From Takakia lepidozioides (lineage: Eukaryota; Plantae; Bryophyta), in assembly GCA_030704615.1 (NCBI GenBank), contig CM060733.1, positions 15,686,001 to 15,750,000 on the forward strand: DNA of 64,000 nt, given 5' to 3'. The position numbers and the translations under genes were made by a program. Under the pieces are notes generated by a model. That model saw only the letters and a list, made by a program, of their open reading frames with translations, made no database searches and had not been told where the DNA came from. Below are positions 1-12,400 of the stretch, in pieces; the first letter of the stretch is position 1; each line of letters begins with the position of its first letter.

Positions 1-223
1 TCACACATGCAGTGCTCATGCATATCAAGCATACCAAGAAAGAACTGCATGACAAAGCATCTAATAAAAGAGAGGAGGGGGACTGACACAGGAGAAGTGG
101 AATCTGTCTCTTTGAAGAACACTCTGTGAGCGGCGTGAGGACACTGTAAAGCAAAAGAAAAAGCTCACAAGGTCAAACTGGTCTGCTTGTCCGAAATCAA
201 AGTATGAGAGCTAGTGATTACCG

Positions 224-2251
224 TTATGTATCATTAGATTTGGCACGGGCAGCCATAGACATGTGACCACAGTAGCCCGCAAACACATTTGAGTAAGATT
301 TGGTAAGGTAAGCGAAGTTGGCGATGGGTGGTAAAGCAGCCACCCTCTCCCCTCTTTCTAGCAGAGATTGAAGGTCCAACCTCTGCAATGTCAACACAGC
401 TCCGGACTCCCGCCAAACAAAAGCCATAACTCCATTGCTGTCCACAAATAGATCACCTGGCTTTGAACCTGGATATCTGAACCCATACCCATTGGCAATG
501 CCTTCACCCTGAAAGGTTTGCACAATGTCAACAGCAGCTCCATCCTTGTTCGTTTCCCAAGGAAACTGCTCTGCTGAAGGCTCATTGATCTTTGCAGTGA
601 ACATGGCTGATCCATTTGGATGCAGCACATAATGAGTGCCTTCAAGTATTTTTGTGGCAATCAAAAGCCGGCCTTCAACTGTCTCATCATAAGATAGTAA
701 CAAAAAGAACAAAGCCTTCCCAGGTTTGTCTTCAGCAGGCTGACCAGGGGGCCAACCAAAGGTGCCACCCCAAAGTCCAGCATGCTCCCTACCCTCTTCT
801 GGCTTCTGCTCAGGTATTTTGTAGAGAGCAAAGCGATTATCATGCATGATGGGCCATGCACGATAGAAATTCAACTTCCAGCTTGTGGCATGTAAGCGCA
901 GACCAATGGCATCTCCTTGCTTTAAAAACTCCTGCAGCTGCAAGCGCTTAATCTCTGCGTTGCTTGCTGCACCTCCCTTTCCACAGTCTTGCACTGTATT
1001 CTTGCTCAATATCTGCTTCATCTTTGCTCTTACAAAGCGTGCAAATCCTAGTTTCTTTAAAGAATCACTCTGGCCTTTTAAATCTGATGCTGGCAAGGCA
1101 GGGGCAGAGATAGAGGCCGTCTTCCCTTTGAGTGTGGAGTCAACAGTGGCAGAGCTAGAGGGCGTCTTCCCTTTGTGTGTAGAATCGACAGTCTTCGACT
1201 CATCACCTGTCTTGCTAGCATCAGATGATTCCAGAGGGCTGCACAACTTTTTCAGAAGATCTGCAGAGTAGACACCTTTACATTGGGAGCCTGGCTGGGT
1301 GGCATTAGTATACATGCACATCAAAAGTGAGCGCCTTTCTGACATGAGCAACAATTCTTTTTTATGTATGTCATTGCTAGTGATAGTTTGCAGTTTACCA
1401 CAATGTAAATTATCTCTGGCAACGGGAAACAGGGGCCCGCTGGCAGCTTGGAGTACTTTAAGCCGGACTTGAGGAGCTAGCACCTCCAGCAGTCGCCTCC
1501 TATCCCCAAATGCTAAGCGGTGGAATGGAACAGGATCAGTAGGAGCAGCCTTAATTTTCCCTTTGCTTGCTTTAGGTGTGGCCTTGAGCTCTTCTCTTGA
1601 GGAATCATCACCGTGATCCGCCATAGCCACCAGCGGACTATTCGGGGTATCGGGAGACCCTACATAGTGTGTGAGTGGCTCTGCTTCCAAAAGTAGCACA
1701 TTGGGATCCTCCTTTGCAGCTTTAAATCGACCTGGATAACAATAGTCTTTCTCACACTCCCTGCCATGCAAAAAAAAGGCAAGGGACCCATCGCAGTGAC
1801 CAATAATCTCAAACACAGGTGCCCACAACAGACCTTTGTCCAGGCCACGCGATCCCAACTCCTGCGGGATGATGCGGCAAGCCACTACAGAAACAAAGCC
1901 CCACGTCACATACACCATGTTTCCCAGCTCTGGATTTTGATGCACCCAAATGCCCACTAGAGACCTTACCGAGTATAGGAAGCGGAACAACGCCTTGCAC
2001 GAGGCCATGGTGGTGCGCCATGCTGTGAGGTCGACAGCCCATGATTCCACTATTCGCTTACAATGTGGCATCCATAGCTTGTCAGAATCGCACAGAGAGC
2101 GAAACTTTTTACAAGTGAAGCTCAGATTGAACAGATCCCGGTGTTGCATAGCCCCTGACAACAATGCTAGCACATCATCAGGCAACTCCTGTAACAGGCA
2201 CCCAGCTCCCTTGCTGGCCATTCTAACGGGGCCAGGATCATTCACCCTCAT
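224..2251 (-). CDS. F-box protein, At5g39450-like, single exon (~675 aa)
   Basis: Long ORF with an N-terminal F-box (LQELPDDVLALLSGAMQHRDLFNLSFTCKKFR) and C-terminal motifs GLWGGTFGWPPG and ATKILEGTHYVLHPNGSAMF typical of this plant family. The first ATG is at 2251; the ORF-track start at 2317 is TTG, and an alternative ATG lies at 2221. Confidence 0.88.
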   Translation of the reverse strand: MRVNDPGPVRMASKGAGCLLQELPDDVLALLSGAMQHRDLFNLSFTCKKFRSLCDSDKLWMPHCKRIVESWAVDLTAWRTTMASCKALFRFLYSVRSLVGIWVHQNPELGNMVYVTWGFVSVVACRIIPQELGSRGLDKGLLWAPVFEIIGHCDGSLAFFLHGRECEKDYCYPGRFKAAKEDPNVLLLEAEPLTHYVGSPDTPNSPLVAMADHGDDSSREELKATPKASKGKIKAAPTDPVPFHRLAFGDRRRLLEVLAPQVRLKVLQAASGPLFPVARDNLHCGKLQTITSNDIHKKELLLMSERRSLLMCMYTNATQPGSQCKGVYSADLLKKLCSPLESSDASKTGDESKTVDSTHKGKTPSSSATVDSTLKGKTASISAPALPASDLKGQSDSLKKLGFARFVRAKMKQILSKNTVQDCGKGGAASNAEIKRLQLQEFLKQGDAIGLRLHATSWKLNFYRAWPIMHDNRFALYKIPEQKPEEGREHAGLWGGTFGWPPGQPAEDKPGKALFFLLLSYDETVEGRLLIATKILEGTHYVLHPNGSAMFTAKINEPSAEQFPWETNKDGAAVDIVQTFQGEGIANGYGFRYPGSKPGDLFVDSNGVMAFVWRESGAVLTLQRLDLQSLLERGERVAALPPIANFAYLTKSYSNVFAGYCGHMSMAARAKSNDT
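1103..1192 (-). repeat. In-frame 45-bp tandem duplication in the F-box CDS
   Basis: Units 1103-1147 and 1148-1192 encode TVDSTHKGKTPSSSA / TVDSTLKGKTASISA. Confidence 0.85.
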
Positions 2252-3305
2252 GACCTCCTCCTCCCCGCTCCTCCGGCTCAAGGATTTACATACTTCGCTC
2301 CACCCTTGTTTCCACAAACGCCTTCAGAGCAGAAAACATCCACCGACTACAAATCTTAAACCAAATTTAGAGGAGACCCACCTCCGGGAAAAGTCTGTGT
2401 AACAAGGTAGAAAGAGATCTGGAGCTCTTTGACCAGCGTACATTCTTACGCTACCCTCTTGACCCTACATAATTTTGGTCAGGCAGACCACCTACGTGTG
2501 GAGTGTGGACACATGGAAACCTGTCCCCAACTATAGTGTATTATTATGTCTCATTCTCTTACTCTACACGGCTAGACTCATCCTCTTCCCGTGATGTAAA
2601 TTTGCCGGATTTCCTTCAAAAGGGAGGCCTTGATGGAAACAACAGTTTGTCCACGAGCATTCACAGCAGCTTTTTTAGAGCTTCGAGTTTGGATGGGAAA
2701 GAAGATCCAGGTAAGGCTGATACGGCCGGCTGGCTGATACTTGTCCATGTGCATGAAAAGGAGCAAGGACCTATAGAAATTGTTGGGGTCCACCAAATGA
2801 CTCTGCAACTGTGAACGTACCGCAGTCTGCTAGCATATTGTCTGTTCACGAGGTACCCTCAACTAATAAAACCAAGTCCAAACATGAAGTTATGCTTGGG
2901 GCCAGTTTGGACCCACCTCAGAACTTGCAGTCGCTTCAACTGTTGCACTACCAAGTAGACTACCGAGTTGTTAGATACAAGAGGAGACAAAATATACGCC
3001 ACCATCTCGATCGGCTATCCGTTGATCTCTGTGAGCACGACAACGCGGCTTGAAGAGTACCCTCCTTTTATGAATGTATGGACATGATCTCATTCCAAAA
3101 CCTGTTGTAGTTATTGCTAAGTTGAAGTGACACTTTGTAGAAACAAGCTGAATCTTAACGAGTACTCCATACATCAACGTTATACTTGATACCAGAACAT
3201 TTGTACATTGGAATCATATGAACACACTAAACAATAACTGAACCCACAGTTGATTCCTATTGACCTAAACAATAATCTTGTACGACAGCTAATGAAGCTG
3301 CTAGG

Positions 3306-3356
3306 GAGACACCTTCAGTCACTACATTCATTTATAGTGACTGAAGGTGATGTCTC
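3306..3356. repeat. Inverted repeat / hairpin with 15-bp perfect arms
   Basis: caccttcagtcacta (3310-3324) and tagtgactgaaggtg (3335-3349) around a 10-nt loop, extendable by gagac/gtctc. Confidence 0.8.
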
Positions 3357-3971
3357 AAGCTCGGAAAGCATGGCGTGTTCTTTGTGCAGATGTTTTCCAC
3401 ATGTGGTGAAAGAAGTAGATCCCAACTTTTCGCGAGCTTTGAGAATTCCTCTGGGGAAAGGGGGGTTTCATTTGTTGAAGAACAAGTTCCAGAATTGATT
3501 GGCAAAGGGAAATCCAAGGCCCAGTTTTCATTCGAGCCGTGCTTTCTTTGTGATTCTTGGCCTGTTTTGGCTCTTGTCTCTTGCATTTTTCAGTCTTAGT
3601 CAGTCCTCTTGCTTCTTGTTTCTCAGTGCAGACTGCAGACCTAGTATTCCGGGGCCCTCTACTAACTAAGCCTTCAAGGTTATTTTTCCTTGCTAGTTGA
3701 TTTATTTCAGGGCTTGGGTGATCTGTCCCTTTTTTTCAAATTAAAAAAGGGAAAAACAAATCTCAACCCCAAAAGTTATAGGAAGGTAAAAAAGTGAACC
3801 AAATTCATCAAAGCAAAGATCACAGACAATCCGACAAACCCTTGCTGAAAACCCTGCGTGTATGAGACGCCCTTGTATTCGTGTCTCGCACTGCTGCTTT
3901 ATCGCCTCACTGTGCATTCCATTCTCCATCTCGTCTTGAATCCAGAATTCGAAAGCTCTCTGGCTGCAAAA

Positions 3972-5751
3972 ATGGTCACGGATGATGTTTGGGAGTCCGA
4001 TGGGGAAGAGGACAGGGAGAATGGGTTGGATGTTCGAACGGCATCAGATCTAGACCGCGAGTGGCAGGCTCGGCAGACCCAGTTTCACACTGTATCTTTT
4101 CCCAATGACATCAGCGTCGATGTGCAAGAACCCAATTTGGGTTGTTTCTATCTTGATTGAATTGTTTGGCAGCTGTGTGTTTGTGTAGAATTCTTCCTGG
4201 TATTGTTCTTGTTGTGCATCGGTTACCAGGCTCAACAGTTATCAGGTAGTTTTCATTTTCACTTCGGAAGGATTTGAAAAAGGTGCAACTTGACTGGAGA
4301 AAAGCTGGGGTATAGGGATGGCATAGAAGCAGGCAAGAATTCATCGGTGCAGGAAGGATTCAATGGTGGATATCGCGAAGCTATCCTTGCTGGCTGCGAC
4401 TGGGGCCGTGCCCGTGGAATCACGAGGTCCATGAATCCACCACCTTTCCCATATGCAGTTGGTTGTGTGATGGTTATTCCGCATTTGATCAAGTGAACAG
4501 AGAAAGATAATACATTTCCACAAACGAGAGATGTGTGGGTCCTGGGGTGTTCTGGGAGGTGAGTCGTGGAAAAGGAGAAAACGAAGTGAAGTTGAGGAGG
4601 CTCCTGTGTGGCCCTGTGGCTGCAACGGACATTACACATCTAGGTTGGGTAAGACCTACCTAACATGTATGACGGTTCCTTGTCCACAGCGCCTTTGCAG
4701 CATTTCCACCATCATTGAAGGAGTTTCTGCTGAAAGAGAATAGCGCAGTAGCTCGCTTGGACGCCCTACATAAGACTGTCTCTGCCCTCTCTTCGGGAGA
4801 AGCGTTGCGGTCCTACTATCGACACTCAATTCTACCTGGTGCACCGAGGCCTGTGGTACCTGCCTCAGCCCAGCGGTCTTTGACAAGTGAGGAGGATGAG
4901 ATAGTCCCTGAGGATGTCCCCTTTGCAAGTAAGCTGTCTTGTTTGGAGTCTTTGGCCCTCCGTTTGTCTGTATGTCTCTCCATCTCTCGTTGCCCTATTC
5001 TGCCAAGTGTGGGGAGTTTTGGGATCCACGAGGTCCTGCCAAGTGATCTCTCTGTCTGTTGCTGGGATCTTGGGAGTCCTTGGAAGAGAGGAGCAATCTA
5101 ACTTCAGAATTGCCCCCCTTGTCTGAAGAACAAATTTTCTTTGTTTCAGAGGTTGCTATTGGACTCTGGATGAGGTCACACCAACTGGTATGTTGTTCTC
5201 AATGAGAATTTCTTGTCTGTGCAGCACCATCAGTGTCGACAAGCTCTGCAAGCTCTCTTTCCATCCCTGGAGTGGATAGGCTTCCAGAAATGTACGGTGG
5301 GAGCGATATCCGAGTAGGAGAGAGTGATGGGTTGGACAACTTTCCGCGAACCAACTCGGAGCACCAAATACAGGGGACTGTCAACTTGATCAATAGGCCG
5401 TCGCTGCCTGTCATGGGACTGATAGATTCGGCGGCAACAGACTCTGAGGCACAAAGAGCCGATGGAAATGCACTTGCATGTAGTGCCCAGGGATGTGCAT
5501 GCACCACAAGTATTTCTGAAAATGTTGACCAGACTAGCTGTGATGAAGCATCTAATGAAAGAACAGATTGGGCTGCAGGGGAAGGGGACATAGACTCTGA
5601 ACGGCTTAGATCAGAGGTGCTCGAAGAGCTTGCTCCCTTGACAGTCCCATCCACCCCCATCACTAGTGAACTAATTGACTTGCAAAGGAAAGTATGTGCA
5701 GAGCTTGAACTTGCTTGTATCAAGTTAAGCTATATAGCTCCATCCCCGTGA
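3972..5751 (+). CDS. YAE1: Yae1-domain protein; proposed exons 3972-4091, 4305-4426, 4690-4928, 5225-5751
   Basis: The spliced translation DLDREWQARQTQFHT|LGYRDGIEAGKNSSVQEGFNGGYREAILAGCDWGRARGITS|AFAAFP contains the deca-GX3 pattern of Yae1. GT-AG boundaries keep the frame. The last exon and C-terminal extension are less certain. Confidence 0.8.
4092..4304 (+). other. Probable U12-type (minor spliceosome) GT-AG intron
   Basis: 5' splice site GTATCTTTT; branch-like CTTGAC at 4289-4294 with the A 11 nt from the 3' end; purine-rich 3' end (GGAGAAAAG) with no polypyrimidine tract. Confidence 0.65.
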
Positions 5752-6437
5752 GTAGTGGTCTGGGCCTGCCTTCAAGGCTCAACTGAACAGCAAATGCAGA
5801 TTTTCGTATTAATGGGGATATCTGTAGCACACCCTTGATGGTGATCATTGGCATTGCAACTTTGAAGTGATGAAGATATACAGTTTGCTAGTATAATTTG
5901 CCAGTAATGTATGTTCACAGTAAGCTAACTATGAAAGACACTTTCAATGTATCTCTCAGTTCAATCCTGGCTGCCTACGACATTGCCCTCCCTTTTGCAT
6001 CCTCCTTCGGTTGTCAAAGTTAAGAAGTTTTTGTGGACTAGCTTGGAGATAGTACATTAACATAAAAAAATACAAAAACACCTAAGTTTGTTGCCCATGT
6101 TCTTCAAGTGGTGGGTGTTGCCGTGCGGCTCCTTTTTTAACTCAGTTAAGTTATTATCTACTAAGCATCCAGGTATGATGATGTTGACTTGTATAAGGAG
6201 GAATGCAAAGGTCATGATTCCAACATGCTAGTATTAAGACTTAATCACACTTTGATGATGCACTCAAGTTCATAGACTGGAACTGTACGGGGGAAACTCT
6301 TATGTACATTAAGGCCATAACTGATACAGCCTACGCCGCTGTGAAGAATGAAAAACCCCGACCTAACCGAAACCCAAATGGTAACAACTTGTGACCACCT
6401 CCAAAGCCCTGCCTACAGTCTCTGCAGATGTTGGGCA

Positions 6438-6467
6438 TCAAGAAGTCTGTTGCATCAGCTCAAACCA
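6438..6467 (-). CDS. MDN1: MDN1 last coding exon (WFELMQQTS*)
   Basis: ctgcag acceptor followed by TGGTTTGAGCTGATGCAACAGACTTCTTGA; joins in phase 0 to the exon ending LLRQ (~6669). Confidence 0.85.
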   Translation of the reverse strand, partial: WFELMQQTS

Positions 6468-9400
6468 CTGCAGACCACCCAGACATCCACAGAAATCCAG
6501 ACTGGTTAGAAAAAAGGAACAAATCCATGCTGAGGAAATTCAATTGCTTCTTATCACCAAAGATATGGGAAGTTGCATGTCCTATGAAGTTCAATCAGAA
6601 TTTTAAAGACCTACAGATGTACTTCTCCTCTCTTTGTAAAAGGACAGCGAGAAAGACAACCGGCCCACCTGTCGCAGCAGATCTGCAAGAGTGCGAGGAA
6701 GTGCCTCAATGTCTTGGAGGACGATGTAGTATGGAAATGGGAACCCATCCAAATACTTTGAAAATGATGGAGGTCCATTTGAGAATGAGACAGACTGCAG
6801 CCACCACATATCCAGTTCAACTCTGTCCGCAAGTCTCATGTAGAATGTCATATAGACAGGCAGGAAATTTCCAGTAATGCAACCACATGTTTATATTGAC
6901 TGGTGTGTACAATCTAATGCCCTTTGCATCATAACCAACCAAGAAACTCCTCAAGAAAGGCCTTGGAGGAAAATTCAGTCTAGCAATGTCACTATACAGC
7001 ACATTACTTGCAGACAACGGACCTGCATATCGAGGATGGACTCTTGGGGGTTATCCAGCACCAGAAAGGCCAACAGTTGTCTCCGGTTCATTGCATCCCT
7101 GACACATCTCCGCAAACTCTCCTGCAATTATCAAGGAAGCCAGTTCATGCACATTAAGATTGTGGCCTGCCTAACAATAGTCGTGGTTCCTCTCCAAAAA
7201 CGAAAGCTGACAGTCCAGGGCAATGAGTAGATTCGATTTCTGAACAAAATGAGAAACCATACCTACTTTTAAACCTCACTTCAAGCGCTGTGTGACTGTC
7301 GGTCAGCAACCAGTAACATGGCTAACATGGCAAAAGGTAAAAAAGAGGGTACCTTCTCATGAAAACGGCCATCAGCAATGATGAGCACAAGCTGCTGCAA
7401 GTTGTTCTGGCCTGATGGCGCTGCAGCATGCCTTGCCACTGTCTCCAGCATGCGTGTGAGGTAGTGCAGCAGATCCACCATTGGCTCATCATCTATCTTG
7501 TTATCTTGATTGAATGTGAAACTGGACACCATCTGTAAACACCCGCGGAAATATATTCAGCGGGCAAGCAGACTGCCATGTAGACACATCTTTCAACAAT
7601 TGCAACCTAACCAAATGAAGTTACATTGCAGAATACACCATCAGTGACTAACAATCTCTCATATTTGCATCAACAGAGTTCCCATGGTTCAGGGATGCTC
7701 AGGAGCCTTGCCCAACGCTTGAGCACCCTGGCAGAATCCGACATCCAACTCTCTCAATTAGGGCAGATGATGACTCACATTGACACCAGCTTCACTGGAA
7801 AATGGTTGGTCAAAGTCATGTAGAAGATGCACGTTCCCTTTCGCCCCAAAACTGGCTACTGCCATCTGCCCTATCTCCAGTTGCGACATAGCTCTGGAGA
7901 TTGTGATGAGGGCTTCCAATGCCAGGTGACCACAGTGGCTTTCTGACATACTGCGGGAGTCGTCAATGGCCAACACAACTTGATATTGCCGTTTGCTTGC
8001 CTTTGTACGTCGCAGCCATATCTTGTCCTTACGGAACTGGCTTGCAACATAGGGTATAACCTGCAGAAGGATTGTGAGAGGTAAGGTGTGATAACTATGT
8101 CAAATGTCCAGGGGAGACCATTGATCAGTAAACTATGTTGCCAACAATTGAAGAGCCCTACACCTTGACAATTAAGAGGGTGTGCCACCAGTGCACTCAA
8201 ACAGTGTCACCAGCCTACCCACCAAATATTGCCTACATTTGGGCAATGGTTGCTGTGGTTCTATGGTGGCCCTTTAGAATGGTGATTCTGGTGCTCCTGG
8301 AAGATATTTCTGATCATTAGAACTTCGATGATCTGAACCGGCTGACAACTCTCAAAGAAAGATCTAATAAATTCTGGAAAGAAACTCCAGGATTACCTTC
8401 TTCATGTTGATGCGTTTACCCGACCGGTAGTCCCCCTGCAGCTTAGCGGCCAAGGTCGGTTCGAGAATCAAGCGCAGCTGCTCAGCCAACTCTTGCGAGA
8501 GTCGCGCTGTTAGTTGCTCATACTTTTGCCACATCACTCTCGCTGCATCTGCACTGCCGTCCCCCTCTCTCAACTCCTGTTCCAAGTCTTTCCTGACATC
8601 TCTCAACTCCTCTTCGCTCCATGGTTGGACATCTACATGTCCATTTGACCCTGTTCTTTTCTCGTCATCAGAATAGCCTTGTTTCCAAGGTTGCTGTGAC
8701 CTGAGTGAGACAAGGCTCACATCCCCTTTACTCCGTTGCTCCAGCTCAAAACTGAAGTCGAGATCTTGAGGGATAGTATGCAAGTTATTATCTTCCAAAC
8801 GGTCCCCAGCATGTGACCTTGCCTGTTTGGCATCAAGGGACCTCTGTTTCTTCATACTTGTGTTCAGCTGTGTGCTCTCAACCTCCAAGGATTCCTCTTC
8901 CTTTCTCTCCATCATTGACTCTTCCAGACCAGGTGGCAAATTATCCTCCCCAGCCTCTTCCTGTGTGGTCGCTTCCTGAAGATCCTGTCTCTGAGCTAGC
9001 TGTTCATCTGTAGCTGCCCCCAATGCTTGCGCATTGCCCTTTACCTCCTGCTTTGAATTGCATAAAAACAACTGTAAGAACATTGGTGTCATTCTCATGA
9101 GCCATTATAGACCTGAAACAGTCATAAATTTCAGGTCTAAGGGTCATGACTATGCTGGTGTGATGGGTTGGCTCCTTGTACCCAAAAGCAGTGGTACCTG
9201 GGCCACTATTGACACAGCAGCCTGCAATTATTTGCAGTCTGGAGAACCCCAGAGAAACACTGAAGTTCCTGCAGCCCACCCAGTGAGATTACTATTACGT
9301 GCACTTTCAGGGAATAGGGGACTAGAATGAAATATACATGAGCATTGAATTAAGGCAAGTCATGCAGATCATGGTGTGTTGGTTGGACCGTACCTCCTTT

Positions 9401-12400
9401 GAGACATACTCATACTGCACTCCCCTATCTTCGTCCATGGCCTCTGGCTCTCCTTCCTCAGATACCATCTCCACTTCAGGAGCAGAGCTATTGTCCACTA
9501 ATTGCACCCTCTCCTTCCACTTCTTTAAAGCATCACCGAGGCTTCTGTAAGGGTTTGCATCCAGTCTGTCCAAGCTGGGAGTTCCATTGGAGTCACGGTC
9601 AGGGTCTAATACAGAGCTTCTCTTGTCCCCTGTGATATTTTCCAAGGCTGATTGTTGGATTTGTGAAGGATTGTTGGATTTGGGCAGGACCTCTGCAGTC
9701 CCCATCTGCTCAGCTTCAGCCTCATCAATGCCATCATTTAATGGATCCCCATGCACACCGGAGATTGCGCCAGAAGTCCCTGTGCCACCAGATGCTCTAG
9801 CATCTTCATTTAATTTTGGATGCATTCCAGGATCCATCACTGGTGCCTCCTGCGATTCTGTCATTGGTTGATCATGTATGTGACCTTCATCCTGTTGTTC
9901 ACTACCATTTGCCTCGTCCTCTTCACTTCTGTTCTCTTCTCGGCCCTGCATCTCTCTGTCGATATGAGTGTTATCATTCTCTGTCTTTGTTTCTTTTTCT
10001 GCCTCTTCACTTTCATCCAGAGACTTCCCTTTCTGCTCCTCTAAATGGATTCCCTCATCAATGTCTGACAGCCCTTTAGACTCTTCATCGATATTCATGG
10101 CCTCAGACTGCTCTTCAGCACCACATTCTGGAGCTTCATCAGGTCCAGGTTCATTGTTCTCTCCTCCCATATCCTCCCCAGCTTCCTTATTCTCCCCTTC
10201 GCCGTCTAGATTCAAATCATCAGGGAGCTGAAGCTCTTCTTCAAAGCAAGGTTTGATCCCACTTGGATCCTCATACGATTCGTCTCTATCCATTCCTGAT
10301 TCTTCCATCTCCTCCACCTGGTCACTGTCATCTTGTGGTCCTGCAGGGGCTTCCGGGTCTTTAACACCTCCCTCGTTTTCTTCAGGGTCACCGTCCTTAC
10401 CACCACTGTCTTCCTGGTCCTCCTTGGCCCGTAGCTCCAGGTTGTCTTGGCTTGCACCTAAAGCCATTTACCCTTTCATGTCAGATATAGCATTTGAGTT
10501 GTTGCATTGCACCAGACTGATTTCCTGGATGGCGATATGGGGCAATCCCCACTGTGTAGATGTTTATGCCTAAGTTCTTGAGGAGGCCAAAGGACTGTTG
10601 CTCTGGCAGTTAGAATGTACTGATAAGTTGCCGCAGCCTTGTGGCCACTCTGGCAGTTGGAGAGTGTACTCATAAGACATTGTTTGCCATATCTGGCAGT
10701 TAGAGAAAGAGAGAGAGACAGAATTTACTTACAAGACATTGTTTGCCGTAGCCTTGCGGCCACAGACTCTGTACCCAGTTTGGGTGGAACAAAGAGAGAG
10801 AGATGTACTCATAAGACATTGTTTGCCATTGACTTGTGGCCATAGACCCCACGCCCAATTTGGGCAGAAGAGAGGAAGAGAGAATGTACTCATAGACTTT
10901 GTTTGCCGTAGCCTTGTGGCCATTGACACCACGCCCAGTTTGAGCGGAACACAAAGGGACAGAACCTACCTTCGTCAGGGGCAGATGCCGGCAGTAAGAC
11001 TTACCAAAAGGGCCTGGGCTTTTGTCTCAGCCTCGAGACTTGCAAAGTTGGTAAACGGGAGGTACAGGCACAATTCCATTGATAGATTTGAAGAGAGCGT
11101 CTCTCTGGTGAGAGAAGCCCGGACAATGAATCAGAAAGTGACTCAACGGACAATTGCACTCTCCCTTTCCTCTCTGTTCTGTTTGCTGTTCAAAGGTAGG
11201 CTTCCCCCCCTGAGTTTAGATTTCATTGTAGGGCCGAGAGTGGGTAGACACAGAGAGAGAGAGAGAGAGTCCAGCAACAGTGTACCTTACAGACTGGATG
11301 ACATTCCATGTCTGCTGGACGTGTGACCTTACCTGAAATGGGGGCATCCTTCTCATACTTTTCTTTCCCATCTTCCTGTCCTTCATGGTCATCGTCATTA
11401 TCATTCCACAGCTGTTCATCGATAATTTCGCTCTTGTCACCAACATCTCCCATTTTCGAATCAAGTTTTCCATCTTCATCCTGAGTGTCTCCCTCCTCCT
11501 CGGACTCATCCTCGCTAATGTCAAGCATATCTCCTTCAAAGTCTTGTTCCATCTCTATACCCTTCTCGCCCTTCTTTCCTACATCTTCAGTCGCAGGGGC
11601 TTCTTCATTCTGTACAAAAGAACCCTGAAATTTAGTGGAACCAGAAGTGAAGGACAGTGAGCTGTGAACAAGCAGACATGTTGCAAGACCCATCCATAGA
11701 CACTGATGACCAGAATCATGTGTAGGTAATAAGTAGCCATAGGCTTCCATGTCTATGGCTGAAATGTTGCCAGGATCTCACAAACTTCAGGCGGCATGCA
11801 TGCAGCCACTAGAGTTTCCTCAGACCGTACAATCATATTACCTTTTCTGTGCTCCCGAGAAGCTGGTCCTCATCCTCAATTTGGTCGCTGACATCTTTCT
11901 TTCCTTCCCCTTCTCCCATGCCTGTGCCATCTGCATCCTCAAACTTGGTGCCTCCCTCTTCACCCTCTTCTTCCTTCGTAACGCAAAAACCATCTGTGTA
12001 TAAAGCGCTGAACAAATTTGACAGAATGTAGCCCAGTTTTGACACCTGCCAGTCACAAATATTCCAAGGGCAAACCAGTTCAGCAAGTGGACAGCTACGT
12101 TTGTTGTGTGTATTGAGATATATTGCATGTGTGTCTCTACATCACCATCCCAATTGGCTAATTGCATGGATCCATTAGGAAAAGCCTCAATAACACGATA
12201 AGGACCCAACCAACGCATTTTTAATTTGCCCGGAAATTTTTGGAAACGACTATCATATAAAAGAACCAAATCGTGAGCTTTAAAGGCCTTTGGTTTTAAG
12301 TGGTTGTCATATTAGTCCTTGCGCCATAATTGAGTAAAGGAAAAAATCCTGAAGGAACTGAAAAGGAATCCAATAAGGTCGACAAAAGCAAAAGGAGCAT

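Noticed and set aside
885-2402. Plus-strand ORFs overlapping the F-box gene (and similar antisense ORFs over MDN1 exons)
   Set aside because: Shadow ORFs on the antisense strand of real coding sequence.
5150-5187. Extra YAE1 micro-exon
   Set aside because: It would leave a 37-nt intron or hit a stop. A direct 4928-5225 join keeps the frame.
6170-6330. C/D box snoRNA (TGATGA...CTGA)
   Set aside because: No terminal stem or recognisable rRNA guide; the short boxes are expected by chance.
10601-10930. CRISPR-like repeat/spacer array
   Set aside because: Eukaryotic intron with no cas genes. The units are variable-length LINE 3' ends with TSDs.
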